Part shown: piece by piece, positions 48,551 to 58,660 of the stretch
Numbering within the stretch: position 1 is the stretch's first letter
Layout: each line of letters opens with the position of its first letter
Virus record (IMG/VR): IMGVR_UViG_3300025096_002712
Span: 42,291-106,290 of that record
DNA length: 64,000 nt
Strand: one strand, 5' to 3'
From: a virus
Program-made: the position numbers and the translations under genes
Notes under the pieces: model-generated
What the model saw: the letters and a program-made list of their open reading frames with translations, nothing else
The model's database searches: none
What the model was told of the DNA's origin: nothing

Positions 48551-49035
48551 GTATAGAGGACAATAAATTTATTCAAGAAATTTTAGAAAGTGGAGAAGTT
48601 CCTTTAATTTTTAATATGGGATACACAAACTGGCCAGTTGATGGAGAAATAATACCATTATTAAGATATTTTTGGAAGAATGGTATTGAAACTTTTAATT
48701 CTTGTGCTAGTCATGTTGAAGTATCTACTATTGAAGGTTGGGGATATTATTTTTCTTCGAAACCTTATGTTGTAGTTGATGATACTTCTATGCATTCACC
48801 ATTTATTGAACAATTAGAAAAGGAAGTTGATGAGATGGGATATCGTATGGAAGGAAGAGAGGATACTCGCTATCTAGCAACAAGGTTAGAGTTTATAAAT
48901 AAATCTATAAATCAACCCAAATATTCAAAATACGAATGGGATTTTAGAGACAACGGTATTGTTATTGGTGAAGTAGAAGAATTAATTGAAAAAAATCATA
49001 ACTTTTTAAGTAAGTTTAGGGATAAGGAGAATTAA
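48547..49035 (+). CDS. Hypothetical protein (VD..I..L...GIET..SC.xH motif)
   Basis: PVDGEIIPLLRYFWKNGIETFNSCASH; coupled on both sides. Confidence 0.6.
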   Translation: MSIEDNKFIQEILESGEVPLIFNMGYTNWPVDGEIIPLLRYFWKNGIETFNSCASHVEVSTIEGWGYYFSSKPYVVVDDTSMHSPFIEQLEKEVDEMGYRMEGREDTRYLATRLEFINKSINQPKYSKYEWDFRDNGIVIGEVEELIEKNHNFLSKFRDKEN

Positions 49036-49036
49036 T

Positions 49037-49624
49037 ATGATAGATAAACAATTTTTAATAGACTTTGAAACAGAAGTCAAAGAACGATATGAAGCAGGTG
49101 AAATTAAAGCGCCTGTTCATCTTGCATCAAATAATGAAGATGAACTTATAGAAATATTCGAGAATGTTAATAAAGATGATTGGGTATTTGCTAGTTGGAG
49201 AAATCATTATCATGCATTATTACACGGAATACCAAGAGATGTTCTGATGAACCAAATTATTAGAGGTAAGAGTATGAGTGTGTACTCAAAAGAACCAAAG
49301 TTTTATTCATCTGCAATAGTTGGTGGGATAATTCCAATAGCACTTGGAGTTGCACAATCAATTAAATTAAAAGGTGAATCAAATAAAGTTTGGTGTTTTG
49401 TTGGAGATATGACTTTTGAGAGTGGAATATTTCACGAGTCATATAAATACGCTAAGAACTTTGATTTACCATTACGATTTGTAGTTGAGGATAATAATCT
49501 TTCTACAAATACACCAGTTGATGAAACTTGGGGTGGTAAACAAGAAGTTCCAAGTGATATAATTTATTATCAATATAAAAGTGATTATCCACATCACGGA
49601 ACAGGAAATTGGGTGTTATTCTAA
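49037..49624 (+). CDS. ThDP-dependent enzyme, E1 alpha-like subunit
   Basis: PVHL; WRNHYHALL; SAIVGG; ThDP motif GDMT...EDNN. Confidence 0.88.
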   Translation: MIDKQFLIDFETEVKERYEAGEIKAPVHLASNNEDELIEIFENVNKDDWVFASWRNHYHALLHGIPRDVLMNQIIRGKSMSVYSKEPKFYSSAIVGGIIPIALGVAQSIKLKGESNKVWCFVGDMTFESGIFHESYKYAKNFDLPLRFVVEDNNLSTNTPVDETWGGKQEVPSDIIYYQYKSDYPHHGTGNWVLF

Positions 49625-50154
49625 TGAAGTATAAAGATGAATTAATAAGAAGTATGGAGTGGTTATCCGAAAAAGAAGATACATATTTTATCGGACAATC
49701 AGTTAAGTATAGTGGTAATGCAATTTACAATACATTGAGTACATTACCAAGTGAAAAATTAATTGAATTACCAGTATTTGAAGAAATTCAAATGAGTATG
49801 AGTACAGGTATGGCTATGAATGGATTAGTTCCTATTAGTTGTTTTCCACGATTTGATTTTTTAATGAGATGTATGGATGCGTTGGTAAATCATTTAGATA
49901 AAATGCAAAATATGACCGAATTCAATTATAGACCAAAAGTAATTATGAGAACATCTATTGGTTCTACCAATCCTTTAAATGGTGGTGTTCAGCATACCAA
50001 TAATTATACAAATGAATTTAAATCAATTTTAAAAGAAGTCAAAGTTGTATTGTTAAATGAACCAGAAGAAATATTTCCTGCGTTTGAGAAGGCATATAAT
50101 AGACAAGGTTCTACATTATTGATTGAACACGGAGATCATTATAATGATAAGTAA
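49624..50154 (+). CDS. ThDP-dependent enzyme, E1 beta-like (pyrimidine-binding) subunit lacking the C-terminal domain
   Basis: FIGQSV; ELPVFEEIQMSMSTGMA; PRFDF; GVQH. ATG at 49624 in a TAATG overlap. Confidence 0.85.
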   Translation: MKYKDELIRSMEWLSEKEDTYFIGQSVKYSGNAIYNTLSTLPSEKLIELPVFEEIQMSMSTGMAMNGLVPISCFPRFDFLMRCMDALVNHLDKMQNMTEFNYRPKVIMRTSIGSTNPLNGGVQHTNNYTNEFKSILKEVKVVLLNEPEEIFPAFEKAYNRQGSTLLIEHGDHYNDK

Positions 50155-51316
50155 ATCTTTAGATTTAACTGGACAATCACTATGGAAATATCCACTTGCA
50201 AGTGATACTATAGATGAACTTGATATAAGTTCTCTAATTGATTGGTTAAGCACAAATCCAAGACTTACTATGGGGGATGTTACTAAAAAGTTTGAAAGAT
50301 TATGGGCCGAATATATTGGTACTAAATATTCTGTATATGTTAATAGTGGTTCATCAGCAAATTTATTGATGGTGTATTCTCTGTTAAATGCTAACAAATT
50401 AAAGAATAAAAGATTGTTAGTTCCAGCGTGTGGATGGGTTACTACCGTAAGCCCACTCATTCAGTTTGGTATTGAACCTATAATGGTTGATGCAGATAAA
50501 GACAATTATAATATTGATTTGAATATCGTAGAAGATTATTTAAAACAAGGTGATATTGATGGGTTTATATTTGTTCATGTTCTTGGAGTTCCACACAGAA
50601 AGAAAGACCTTTTATATTTAAAGGAAAAGTATGGATGTTATATTCTCGAAGATTCTTGTGCATCAGTCGGTGCCAAGTATGACGATGGAAGTTATGTTGG
50701 TACACTTGGGGATATGTCATCTTATTCATTTTATTTTGGTCATCAATTATCTACGATTGAAGGTGGTTTTATTAATACAGACGATGAGTTTTTATATAAG
50801 GAATTATTAAAGTTAAGATCACACGGGTGGGTAAAGGATATAGTAAATGATGAATATCGAAATGATGAAAACTTTCCTTTTATATTTAATGAACCAGGAT
50901 TTAATGTAAGGTCTACTGATTTACAGGCATATATAGGATTGGGACAATTAAAAAAGGCTGATGGTATATTTCAAAAACGAAGCGAAAATCATTTACGGTA
51001 TATTGAAAAATTAAATTATAGGTTTGAATTACAAGATTGTACAAATACTATTCCTGTTAGTTTACATATTGGTATATTGGCAGAATCAAACGAACATAGA
51101 AAAAAAGTAATTCAAGAATGTAATGAGAATAGTATAGAAACAAGAGTTTGGTCACACGGAAATCTTGGAAAACATAATTTTTGGACAAGTAGATATGGTG
51201 AATTTGAAGGAAAAATTGCAAACAAAATTTATGAACGAGGATTTATTATACCAACTCATCCATTAATAAACTTGGAAGATGTAGATTTCATATCAGAGGT
51301 TTGTAATGGAGTATAA
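50144..51316 (+). CDS. DegT-fold PLP enzyme, ColD-like NDP-4-keto-6-deoxysugar 3-dehydratase
   Basis: VNSGSSANL; EDSC; SFYFGHQLSTIEGG has His where aminotransferases have Lys; no RfbH-type Fe-S Cys cluster seen. Confidence 0.8.
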   Translation: MISKSLDLTGQSLWKYPLASDTIDELDISSLIDWLSTNPRLTMGDVTKKFERLWAEYIGTKYSVYVNSGSSANLLMVYSLLNANKLKNKRLLVPACGWVTTVSPLIQFGIEPIMVDADKDNYNIDLNIVEDYLKQGDIDGFIFVHVLGVPHRKKDLLYLKEKYGCYILEDSCASVGAKYDDGSYVGTLGDMSSYSFYFGHQLSTIEGGFINTDDEFLYKELLKLRSHGWVKDIVNDEYRNDENFPFIFNEPGFNVRSTDLQAYIGLGQLKKADGIFQKRSENHLRYIEKLNYRFELQDCTNTIPVSLHIGILAESNEHRKKVIQECNENSIETRVWSHGNLGKHNFWTSRYGEFEGKIANKIYERGFIIPTHPLINLEDVDFISEVCNGV

Positions 51317-51932
51317 TAAATTTCTTAAAGAGGGATATATAATAGTTGATGACTTTTTACCACAAGATGAGGCGTTAAAATTAGAATCGTTATATTCTAA
51401 TAATAGTGATTGGTCACTTGCAGATCAAGTAAGAGACGATTTATATACAACATCTCATTTTCAAAGTGCACGAACAAAATCTAAGTACTTACCTAAAGAG
51501 AATGAATCATATAGTGCTAGATTTTGGAGTTCTGTAGAATTGGTTTCACAAGTAGAAAAAATTCATGATAAATATTTTAAACCTTTATTGAAAGAAATTA
51601 GTTCGTTTGAGTTGAGTGAATATAATGTTAGATGTTATAAAATGGATGAGGGTTGTCATTACAGAACACATTTAGACCAATGGGTTGGTGATATTGGCTG
51701 TATATATTACATTAATCAAAAATGGATGTGGGATTGGGGAGGCATATTACATTTGGATACAGCATCAGAAGAAAATGATGATAGTGATTCTGTTGTTCCA
51801 ATTTTTCCAAAATTTAATCGAGCATTGATTATGAATAATACACTTGAAAAGTTTAAGTTTCCACATTTTATTAGTCATGTGGCAGACTACGCACAGTATC
51901 CAAGATATACATTAATTACATTTGGGAGATAA
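51306..51932 (+). CDS. 2OG-Fe(II) oxygenase (prolyl-hydroxylase-like)
   Basis: VDDFLP; HLD; YYIN..W..DWGG.L; PKFNR; H..SHV; RY. Confidence 0.8.
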   Translation: MEYNKFLKEGYIIVDDFLPQDEALKLESLYSNNSDWSLADQVRDDLYTTSHFQSARTKSKYLPKENESYSARFWSSVELVSQVEKIHDKYFKPLLKEISSFELSEYNVRCYKMDEGCHYRTHLDQWVGDIGCIYYINQKWMWDWGGILHLDTASEENDDSDSVVPIFPKFNRALIMNNTLEKFKFPHFISHVADYAQYPRYTLITFGR

Positions 51933-51933
51933 A

Positions 51934-52908
51934 ATGTTTAAAGATAAAAATATATTAGTAACTGGTGGAACAGGAATGATAGGTAGAGAGTTAGTTCAAC
52001 TACTATTAGATAGGGGAGCAAAAATAAGAGTTGCATCACTTGATGAACCAGTTGATTTTTTTGAAGAAGTAGAATTTCATAAAGTAGATTTGACCAATTA
52101 TGAAAATTGTGAAATGATATGTGAGGGTATGGATTATGTATTTCATGTTGCTGGTATAAAGGCATCTGCGGAAATGCCTAAAATAAAACCTTTAAATTAT
52201 TTTATTCCATTGGTTAAGTTTAATATTAATATGATGGAAGCAGCATTTAAAGCAGGAGTGAATTGGTATTTATATACGAGTTCGTATGGAGTATACACAC
52301 CATCAGAAATATCACACGAAGATGATATGTGGAAAACATTTCCATCTGATAATGATAAGTTGCCTGGTTGGGCAAAACGAATGGGTGAATTACAGGCAGA
52401 AGGTTATAAAATACAATATGATTGGGATAATATTTCTATTGTTAGACCAGCCAATGTTTATGGTAAATGGGATAATTTTGAATTAGAAACTGCAATGGTA
52501 ATCCCATCTTTAATTAGAAAGGCAGAAGAGGCAGGTGTTGGTGGAACTATGAGTGTTTGGGGAGATGGAACACCAATTAGAGATTTTATTCATTCTAAAG
52601 ATGTAGCAAGAGGAATGGTTTTTGCAGTAGAAAATAAAATAACTGAACCATTGAATCTTGGAAGTGGGGATGGTGTTAATATTGCAAAATTAGCATCAAG
52701 TATTGCTGCACGTTTTGAATGTGGAATTGATTTTGATTCAAGTAAACCAAATGGTGATCACAAAAGAATATTAGATATGTCAAGGGCATATAGTTATGGT
52801 TTTAAAAATGTGGTTGATATTGATGATGGTATTGAAGAAACTATTGAATGGTATCTTGATAATAAAGATAATAAATTAGATTTTAGACATAATCCATTTG
52901 AGGACTGA
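51934..52908 (+). CDS. GDP-fucose synthase/WcaG-like extended SDR
   Basis: VTGGTGMIG; RPANVYG..DNF; VIPSLI; VWGDGTPIRDFI; NLGSG; KPNG. The YxxxK position reads PGWAK. Confidence 0.8.
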   Translation: MFKDKNILVTGGTGMIGRELVQLLLDRGAKIRVASLDEPVDFFEEVEFHKVDLTNYENCEMICEGMDYVFHVAGIKASAEMPKIKPLNYFIPLVKFNINMMEAAFKAGVNWYLYTSSYGVYTPSEISHEDDMWKTFPSDNDKLPGWAKRMGELQAEGYKIQYDWDNISIVRPANVYGKWDNFELETAMVIPSLIRKAEEAGVGGTMSVWGDGTPIRDFIHSKDVARGMVFAVENKITEPLNLGSGDGVNIAKLASSIAARFECGIDFDSSKPNGDHKRILDMSRAYSYGFKNVVDIDDGIEETIEWYLDNKDNKLDFRHNPFED

Positions 52909-52909
52909 T

Positions 52910-53848
52910 ATGGGATATTTAAAAATAACGAACAAATTTTGGCAAAGTGACGTCTGTACTGGTTTTGGAAATCGTATTCCACATTGGGCATTAGCATATA
53001 AAATAAGTGAACACCACGATTTTAAATTTACTATTTTACTTGATTCATTTCATTGGCCAGAAACCACTTATGTTGATTTCCCACAGACAGAATCTACTTT
53101 TTTAGATGATAATTTATACGGAGAGTTTATAGAACTCACAATGGATGAGAGTATATTAGACTTGGATACATCTAAAAATTACTATTTGAATGGTGAGAAT
53201 TTAGAAAGTGTAGAAAAATCAGAACCATCTAATCCAGAACCAACTGGAATTTTCTATTTACCTCCAGTTTATACATTATTAAAATTAAAAAATTCTTATT
53301 TAGAGTCTTTAATAAAAGATAAAGTAAAAGATGCAGTAGGTGTTCATGTGAGAAAAAATAATGTTGCTCCTGTTGATATTTCAGAAGGAGATATTATTTA
53401 CGAAAGAAATACTGATTTATATGAAGCATATGAAAAGGTAGAATATATTAATACCTTTTCTGAATTGGTAAAAGATTATGATGATGGTCAAATATTTTAC
53501 ATAAGTAGTGATATATCAACAACATATAGAGATTTAAAGGCTATGAATGAAGAAGAACTTTTTTCTTTGTTCCCTAATTATAGTGATTTTTTTGTTACAA
53601 AAGAAATATATCAAGAATATAATTGTATAGATTATACTGATATAATTCCAGATTATAATTTTGGATTTCCACTTGGAGCTATGAATGATAATGGTGTATT
53701 AAAAAGTGGTGGAGTTTCTAATTTAGTTTATTTTAAAAAAGTATTGAGGGATGTTGTTGATTTGTTTAGTTTGATGTATTGTAAAGATTTTATACCAGCT
53801 CTTTCTAGCTGGTCAGTATTTGTACAATTTTATAGAAAAGAATTGTGA
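52910..53848 (+). CDS. GT11/GT23-like fucosyltransferase-fold protein
   Basis: TGFGNRI; GVHVRK; FYISSD; DLFSLMYC...SSWS. Confidence 0.65.
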   Translation: MGYLKITNKFWQSDVCTGFGNRIPHWALAYKISEHHDFKFTILLDSFHWPETTYVDFPQTESTFLDDNLYGEFIELTMDESILDLDTSKNYYLNGENLESVEKSEPSNPEPTGIFYLPPVYTLLKLKNSYLESLIKDKVKDAVGVHVRKNNVAPVDISEGDIIYERNTDLYEAYEKVEYINTFSELVKDYDDGQIFYISSDISTTYRDLKAMNEEELFSLFPNYSDFFVTKEIYQEYNCIDYTDIIPDYNFGFPLGAMNDNGVLKSGGVSNLVYFKKVLRDVVDLFSLMYCKDFIPALSSWSVFVQFYRKEL

Positions 53849-54450
53849 GATTAGAACACTTTGGAGAATTGGAATCTTGTATGGTATCAAAATTTGATAA
53901 GACTATAGAAATTGTTAATTCTCATTCAAGATTAATGTTTGTGTCTACTACTGGTTATACCATATGGTGGAAAAACTTTGGAGAAGGCAAACCCGCGAAA
54001 ACTTCTACATATTTTATAGATTTTAATTTTCCTAATTCACATCAAAAACTTGGTAATTATACTTTCAATACAAGAGAATATGATGGAATAATTTTGAAAA
54101 ACATAGGCAAACCTCATTTTGAACTTTGTAAATGGTCCATTGAGAATTATATTGAAGGAAAGCCAAAAGATGATCAGAGGAGAATAAAAAAATATTTTTT
54201 TGATGGGAAATCTACTACTGATTGTATTCAGAAGTTTTTACAGCAAACAGGAATGATAAGAGTTAATTGGAAATTAAGTGAAGGGGCAGAATTAAATATA
54301 GAATCACATCATCCCCTTACCAGTTCACAAAGAAGATTTTTTATAGATCTTATAGAAAGTTATAATATTATTATAGATAAAATTTATATAGATGATTACT
54401 CAAAAGAACAATGTATTAAAAGACAATTAGGATTAAATTATGTTTTATAA
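53845..54450 (+). CDS. Hypothetical protein
   Basis: GTGA overlap; 201 aa; no motif recognised. Confidence 0.55.
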   Translation: MRLEHFGELESCMVSKFDKTIEIVNSHSRLMFVSTTGYTIWWKNFGEGKPAKTSTYFIDFNFPNSHQKLGNYTFNTREYDGIILKNIGKPHFELCKWSIENYIEGKPKDDQRRIKKYFFDGKSTTDCIQKFLQQTGMIRVNWKLSEGAELNIESHHPLTSSQRRFFIDLIESYNIIIDKIYIDDYSKEQCIKRQLGLNYVL

Positions 54451-55387
54451 AGATAAAAAAGTAGTAGTTACTGGTGGTGGTGGTATGATTGGAACACACT
54501 ACATAAAAGAACTTTTAAATCGTGGTGCTAAAGTTAGAACACATACACATAATAGACCTTTGAATGTTGTTGATGATAAGATAGAGGTATTGGAGAATCT
54601 TAATTTAGAAAAGTTAGATGATTGTATGAAACTTGTGGATGGTGCTGATTATGTAGTACACGCGGCAGGTAAAATATGTCACCCATCTGATGTTCCAACT
54701 GATTTTCAAATAGCAGTAAGTCAAATAACACTCGTGTCAAATCTTATGGAATCAAGTTATAAATCTAATGTAAAAGGATTTGTTGATATTAATAGTTCAA
54801 CTGGTTATCCCGACAGACGATACCCAATTACAGAAGATGAGTATTGGGACGATGAACCATACATTTCTTATTATGGTTATGGATGGTCAAGGCGATATAG
54901 AGAAAAAATTATGGAACATTGTTCACATTTTTCTGATATGAAAATTGGAATAGCCCGTGGAACTGCAATGTTTGGTCCTTATGATAATTTTAATCCAAAA
55001 AATTGCCATGTAATTCCTGCACTTATTAATAGGGTTTTGAAAAATGAGAATCCATTTGTGGTATGGGGAAGTCCTGATGTGGTTAGAGATTTTCTTTATG
55101 TAAAAGATGTTGTAAATGGTGCATTGTTGGTATTAGAAAAGGGTGAATCTATGAGACCATATAATCTTGGTTATGGTTCAACAATTACTATAGGAGAAAT
55201 AGTGGATACTATATTGAAAGTTACTGGTAAAAATCCTAAAGTTGAATGGGACAATTCTAAACCAACTACAATTCCTTTTAGGGCGTGTAGTACTGATAGA
55301 ATATCAAAAGAACTTGGATTTCAACCACAATATACTTTTGAAGAAGGAATAAGAGAAACAATTGAGTGGTATAAAAACAATGAGTAA
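54440..55387 (+). CDS. GDP-fucose synthase/WcaG-like extended SDR
   Basis: VTGGGGMIG; FGPYDNF...HVIPALI; VWGS...RDFLYV; YNLG. The YxxxK position reads YGWSR. Confidence 0.8.
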   Translation: MFYKDKKVVVTGGGGMIGTHYIKELLNRGAKVRTHTHNRPLNVVDDKIEVLENLNLEKLDDCMKLVDGADYVVHAAGKICHPSDVPTDFQIAVSQITLVSNLMESSYKSNVKGFVDINSSTGYPDRRYPITEDEYWDDEPYISYYGYGWSRRYREKIMEHCSHFSDMKIGIARGTAMFGPYDNFNPKNCHVIPALINRVLKNENPFVVWGSPDVVRDFLYVKDVVNGALLVLEKGESMRPYNLGYGSTITIGEIVDTILKVTGKNPKVEWDNSKPTTIPFRACSTDRISKELGFQPQYTFEEGIRETIEWYKNNE

Positions 55388-56699
55388 ACTAATTTTTGGT
55401 TTTGATAGGTTTAAAGAAAATGGTGATCCATTACCTAATTGTGAAGATTATACATTTAAAGGAAATAAAGTTTGTAATTGTGGTAATGTGTTTTTAGGAA
55501 TGCTTCAGAATGTTAATCAAGAATATTTAAAAAAATCAGAAAGAGAATGGGAATTTTTAGAAGTAGATACTTTACCTATTGATAAAATTAAATCTAATTA
55601 TGTATATCATATCGATGTAAATTGTTTTGCTTGGGCATTAGGTTATAATAGATGGCCAAAAACATTTGAAGATGTAAGTGTTTTTGATTCTATTTCGAAT
55701 AGAGTAATAAAAGATGCACAAAATGGTAAGTGTAAAATTTTATTGAATTATGGGTATGAGGGATTAGGATCACATCACAGAGATACTATATTAGATAAAG
55801 CTTTACTTGAAAGAGTACATTTTTTATTAGATAAATATAAAATTGCACACAAAGATTTTATTTATATGGATAGTAATCATAGATTAGATAAATTATCAAT
55901 GGATACGGATATTAATGTTATTCAATATGAATATTGTGCATTAGACCAATGGAGATATACAATGGTAAATTTTGATATGATGTATCATGGTAATTCGGTG
56001 TCATCAAATAATATGAGAAAATGGGTAAGGACAAAAAATAAATTAAGAAATAAATATTATCTTTCATTCAACAGGTTACCTAAAGGTCATAGAGTAAAAT
56101 TAGTTTTAAGTTTGGATAGAAATAACTTATTAGATAAGGGGTATGTATCTTTTGCAAACAATATTTCGGATTGGGATTGGAAAGACATGGTTACGAAATC
56201 GGAAAGAGAATCTTTAGAGAAAAAAATGCCATTAGTTATTGATAGAAAAGATTTAAGTGATGCAAAATATTCGTATGAAAAGTTTGAGGTTAAATATTAT
56301 TTGGATAGTTATTTTCAAATTGCTACTGGTAATAATTTTACAGACTTTGATGACCAATTAATTTTTAGTGAAAAAATCTGGAAGCCAATAACTAATTTTC
56401 AACCATTTATTTATTTAGATGATGTTGGGGCATTGAAAAAATTAAGAGAATATGGATTTAAAACTTTTTCTCCATTTATAGATGAAAGCTATGATAATGT
56501 TATAGATACAGAAGAACGATTTGTTATGATAGAGGATGAAATTAATAAATTATGTAGTAAACCAATAGAAGAAATAGATGAGTGGTATTGGTCTATTGAA
56601 GAAACATTAAAGCATAATTATTATTTATTTTATAATACATTTATTCCAGATTTAAGAGTGAAATTGATTGATAGTATTGGGGGTGTAGTAAATGCATAA
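55380..56699 (+). CDS. GT10-like paralogue family (7 of 9)
   Basis: SFNRLPKGHR; SYFQIAT; SEKIWKPI; QPFI; GFKTFSPFIDESYD. Confidence 0.5.
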   Translation: MSKLIFGFDRFKENGDPLPNCEDYTFKGNKVCNCGNVFLGMLQNVNQEYLKKSEREWEFLEVDTLPIDKIKSNYVYHIDVNCFAWALGYNRWPKTFEDVSVFDSISNRVIKDAQNGKCKILLNYGYEGLGSHHRDTILDKALLERVHFLLDKYKIAHKDFIYMDSNHRLDKLSMDTDINVIQYEYCALDQWRYTMVNFDMMYHGNSVSSNNMRKWVRTKNKLRNKYYLSFNRLPKGHRVKLVLSLDRNNLLDKGYVSFANNISDWDWKDMVTKSERESLEKKMPLVIDRKDLSDAKYSYEKFEVKYYLDSYFQIATGNNFTDFDDQLIFSEKIWKPITNFQPFIYLDDVGALKKLREYGFKTFSPFIDESYDNVIDTEERFVMIEDEINKLCSKPIEEIDEWYWSIEETLKHNYYLFYNTFIPDLRVKLIDSIGGVVNA

Positions 56700-57975
56700 T
56701 AAATGGGGAGATTGGAATTATGATACAGGGAAGTTTGTTATTTATTCTTCTAAATTTAAAGATTTTAAATGTAGTTTAAATTATTTAGATGATGATGGCA
56801 ATTTTGGATTTTTAAATGAATCTACAGGTACAGATTATAAATATCATTTATGGTTTGTTCCATCAGATACAATATTTCAAAATCTTTATAACGAATTATT
56901 TTTAAGGGATTATCTAAATCGTGTTTTTCCAACGGCAGAAGAAACTTGGAATAATGAAAAGTTATGGATAGTAATTGACAGAAGAATGGAATCTTTAGAT
57001 ACTGAAGGTACGAAACAATTACTTAATCAATGTTCTAAGTATGGTTATAATATAGACAGAATAAAGTTTTTTTCTAATTCTTATTTTAAGGATCAAAGTT
57101 TACTTATTAATTTTCCCTTTGAGTTTTATCAGAGAACACTTAGATTTAAATTATCAGATGAAGAATTTGGTGAGAGATTAAGGGGTAGAGATATTGCAAT
57201 TAATTATGAGTTCGAAGGACATTCAAGTGATTATAAAAAGTGGTTACTTAATTTAGATAATGTAGAATCAAGACCTTACACTTTTTTATCATATGCTGGA
57301 AGTTTACCATCACATAAGTTACTACTATTATCAGAATTGTATAGAAGAAAATTAGATAAATATTGTTTGATATCTGCATTAAATAGAGATGATGATGATA
57401 TAAATACTTTGAGAGAAAGGGTAAGAGAGTTTCAACCAAATGGAGTAAAAGGTCTTGATGAAAGTAAAATTTTAGATATGTTACCAATATATCTCGATAT
57501 AGATAGAGAACTTTCTAAAAATGAAACCGTTGGTTATGATGTATCATTACCTGATGGAGAAGGTTCGTCTGAAATAGGAGATTCACAACCTAAGAAACAT
57601 CACCATAATCAGACTTATTTTTATTTGGCAAATGAAACTTCATTTGATTGTGCAAGAATAACATCTCATATTAAATCTGTAATATTACATCCGATGATTT
57701 TTAACGCAGGAGCAGGTACTTTAGAATTATTTAAATCTTGGGGATTCAAAAGTTTTCCAAATATATTTGACGAGTCTTATGATGAAATAGAAGATGATAT
57801 AGAACGACATAAGTTTCTCGTAAAGGAAATAGAAAGAGTCTGTCTATTACCAGAAGAAGAAAAACATAAATTATATTTAGAATCAATTCCTACAATAAAG
57901 TATAATCAAAAAGTTTTTATTAACTTTGATGTAGAAAATATGGTTTTGGATATGTTTAATAAAATAGTGAGTTAG
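56692..57975 (+). CDS. GT10-like paralogue family (8 of 9; divergent subtype)
   Basis: TYF.LANETSF; LHPMI; GFKSFPNIFDESYD; close paralogue of 58647. Confidence 0.45.
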   Translation: MHNKWGDWNYDTGKFVIYSSKFKDFKCSLNYLDDDGNFGFLNESTGTDYKYHLWFVPSDTIFQNLYNELFLRDYLNRVFPTAEETWNNEKLWIVIDRRMESLDTEGTKQLLNQCSKYGYNIDRIKFFSNSYFKDQSLLINFPFEFYQRTLRFKLSDEEFGERLRGRDIAINYEFEGHSSDYKKWLLNLDNVESRPYTFLSYAGSLPSHKLLLLSELYRRKLDKYCLISALNRDDDDINTLRERVREFQPNGVKGLDESKILDMLPIYLDIDRELSKNETVGYDVSLPDGEGSSEIGDSQPKKHHHNQTYFYLANETSFDCARITSHIKSVILHPMIFNAGAGTLELFKSWGFKSFPNIFDESYDEIEDDIERHKFLVKEIERVCLLPEEEKHKLYLESIPTIKYNQKVFINFDVENMVLDMFNKIVS

Positions 57976-57976
57976 T

Positions 57977-58660
57977 ATGAATAATAGAATATTAATTACT
58001 GGAACTAATGGTTCACTTGGATCATTTTTGTCCAGTAAATATGAAAATCCGATTTGTATTACAAGAGAAAATCCACTTACAGATGATATTATTTCTGAAG
58101 GAGTGGATACGATAATACATTGTGCATTTAATTCTAAATTGGAAGAATTACAAAAAGTGTCTAAAGAGTGTTACGAGGATAATGTTGATTTAACTTATTC
58201 TTTGGTAAAAGTACCACATAGAAGATTTATTTATATTTCAAGTATTCAAATAGCACCAAAATCACTAACACCATATGCAATATTTAAAAAAATTGCTGAA
58301 CATATTGTACAAAATAATTGTAAAAATTATTTGATATTACGAGTATCGTGTTTTTTACCACAACCAAAAAAACAGAGTTCATTTTTTAAAATTGCAAATG
58401 GGGAAGATATAACACTAACAGAAGATTCAGTTAATGATGTAATATATTGTGAAAACATATACGATTCCATAGAATCAAATTTAAGTGGTGTTAAGTATTT
58501 AGTATCGAGGAAAACCATTACAACTAAAGAAACAGCAGAATTATTTAATAGTAGTACCAAGTTTGGTAATTATCATTATGATGTTGGTAGTTTACAGAGT
58601 GATATTGATATAGGAAAGACAAGTGAGGAAATTTTAAAGGAGTTTTTTGAAGTTGAGTGA
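57977..58660 (+). CDS. Short NAD-dependent epimerase/reductase (SDR)
   Basis: ITGTNGSLGS; IIHCA; YISS; PYAIFK. Confidence 0.75.
   Translation: MNNRILITGTNGSLGSFLSSKYENPICITRENPLTDDIISEGVDTIIHCAFNSKLEELQKVSKECYEDNVDLTYSLVKVPHRRFIYISSIQIAPKSLTPYAIFKKIAEHIVQNNCKNYLILRVSCFLPQPKKQSSFFKIANGEDITLTEDSVNDVIYCENIYDSIESNLSGVKYLVSRKTITTKETAELFNSSTKFGNYHYDVGSLQSDIDIGKTSEEILKEFFEVE

Noticed and set aside
49037-50154. Pyruvate dehydrogenase or transketolase auxiliary metabolic genes
   Set aside because: Subunits are short, there are no E2/E3 genes, and the context is NDP-sugar enzymes; branched-sugar carboligase fits better.
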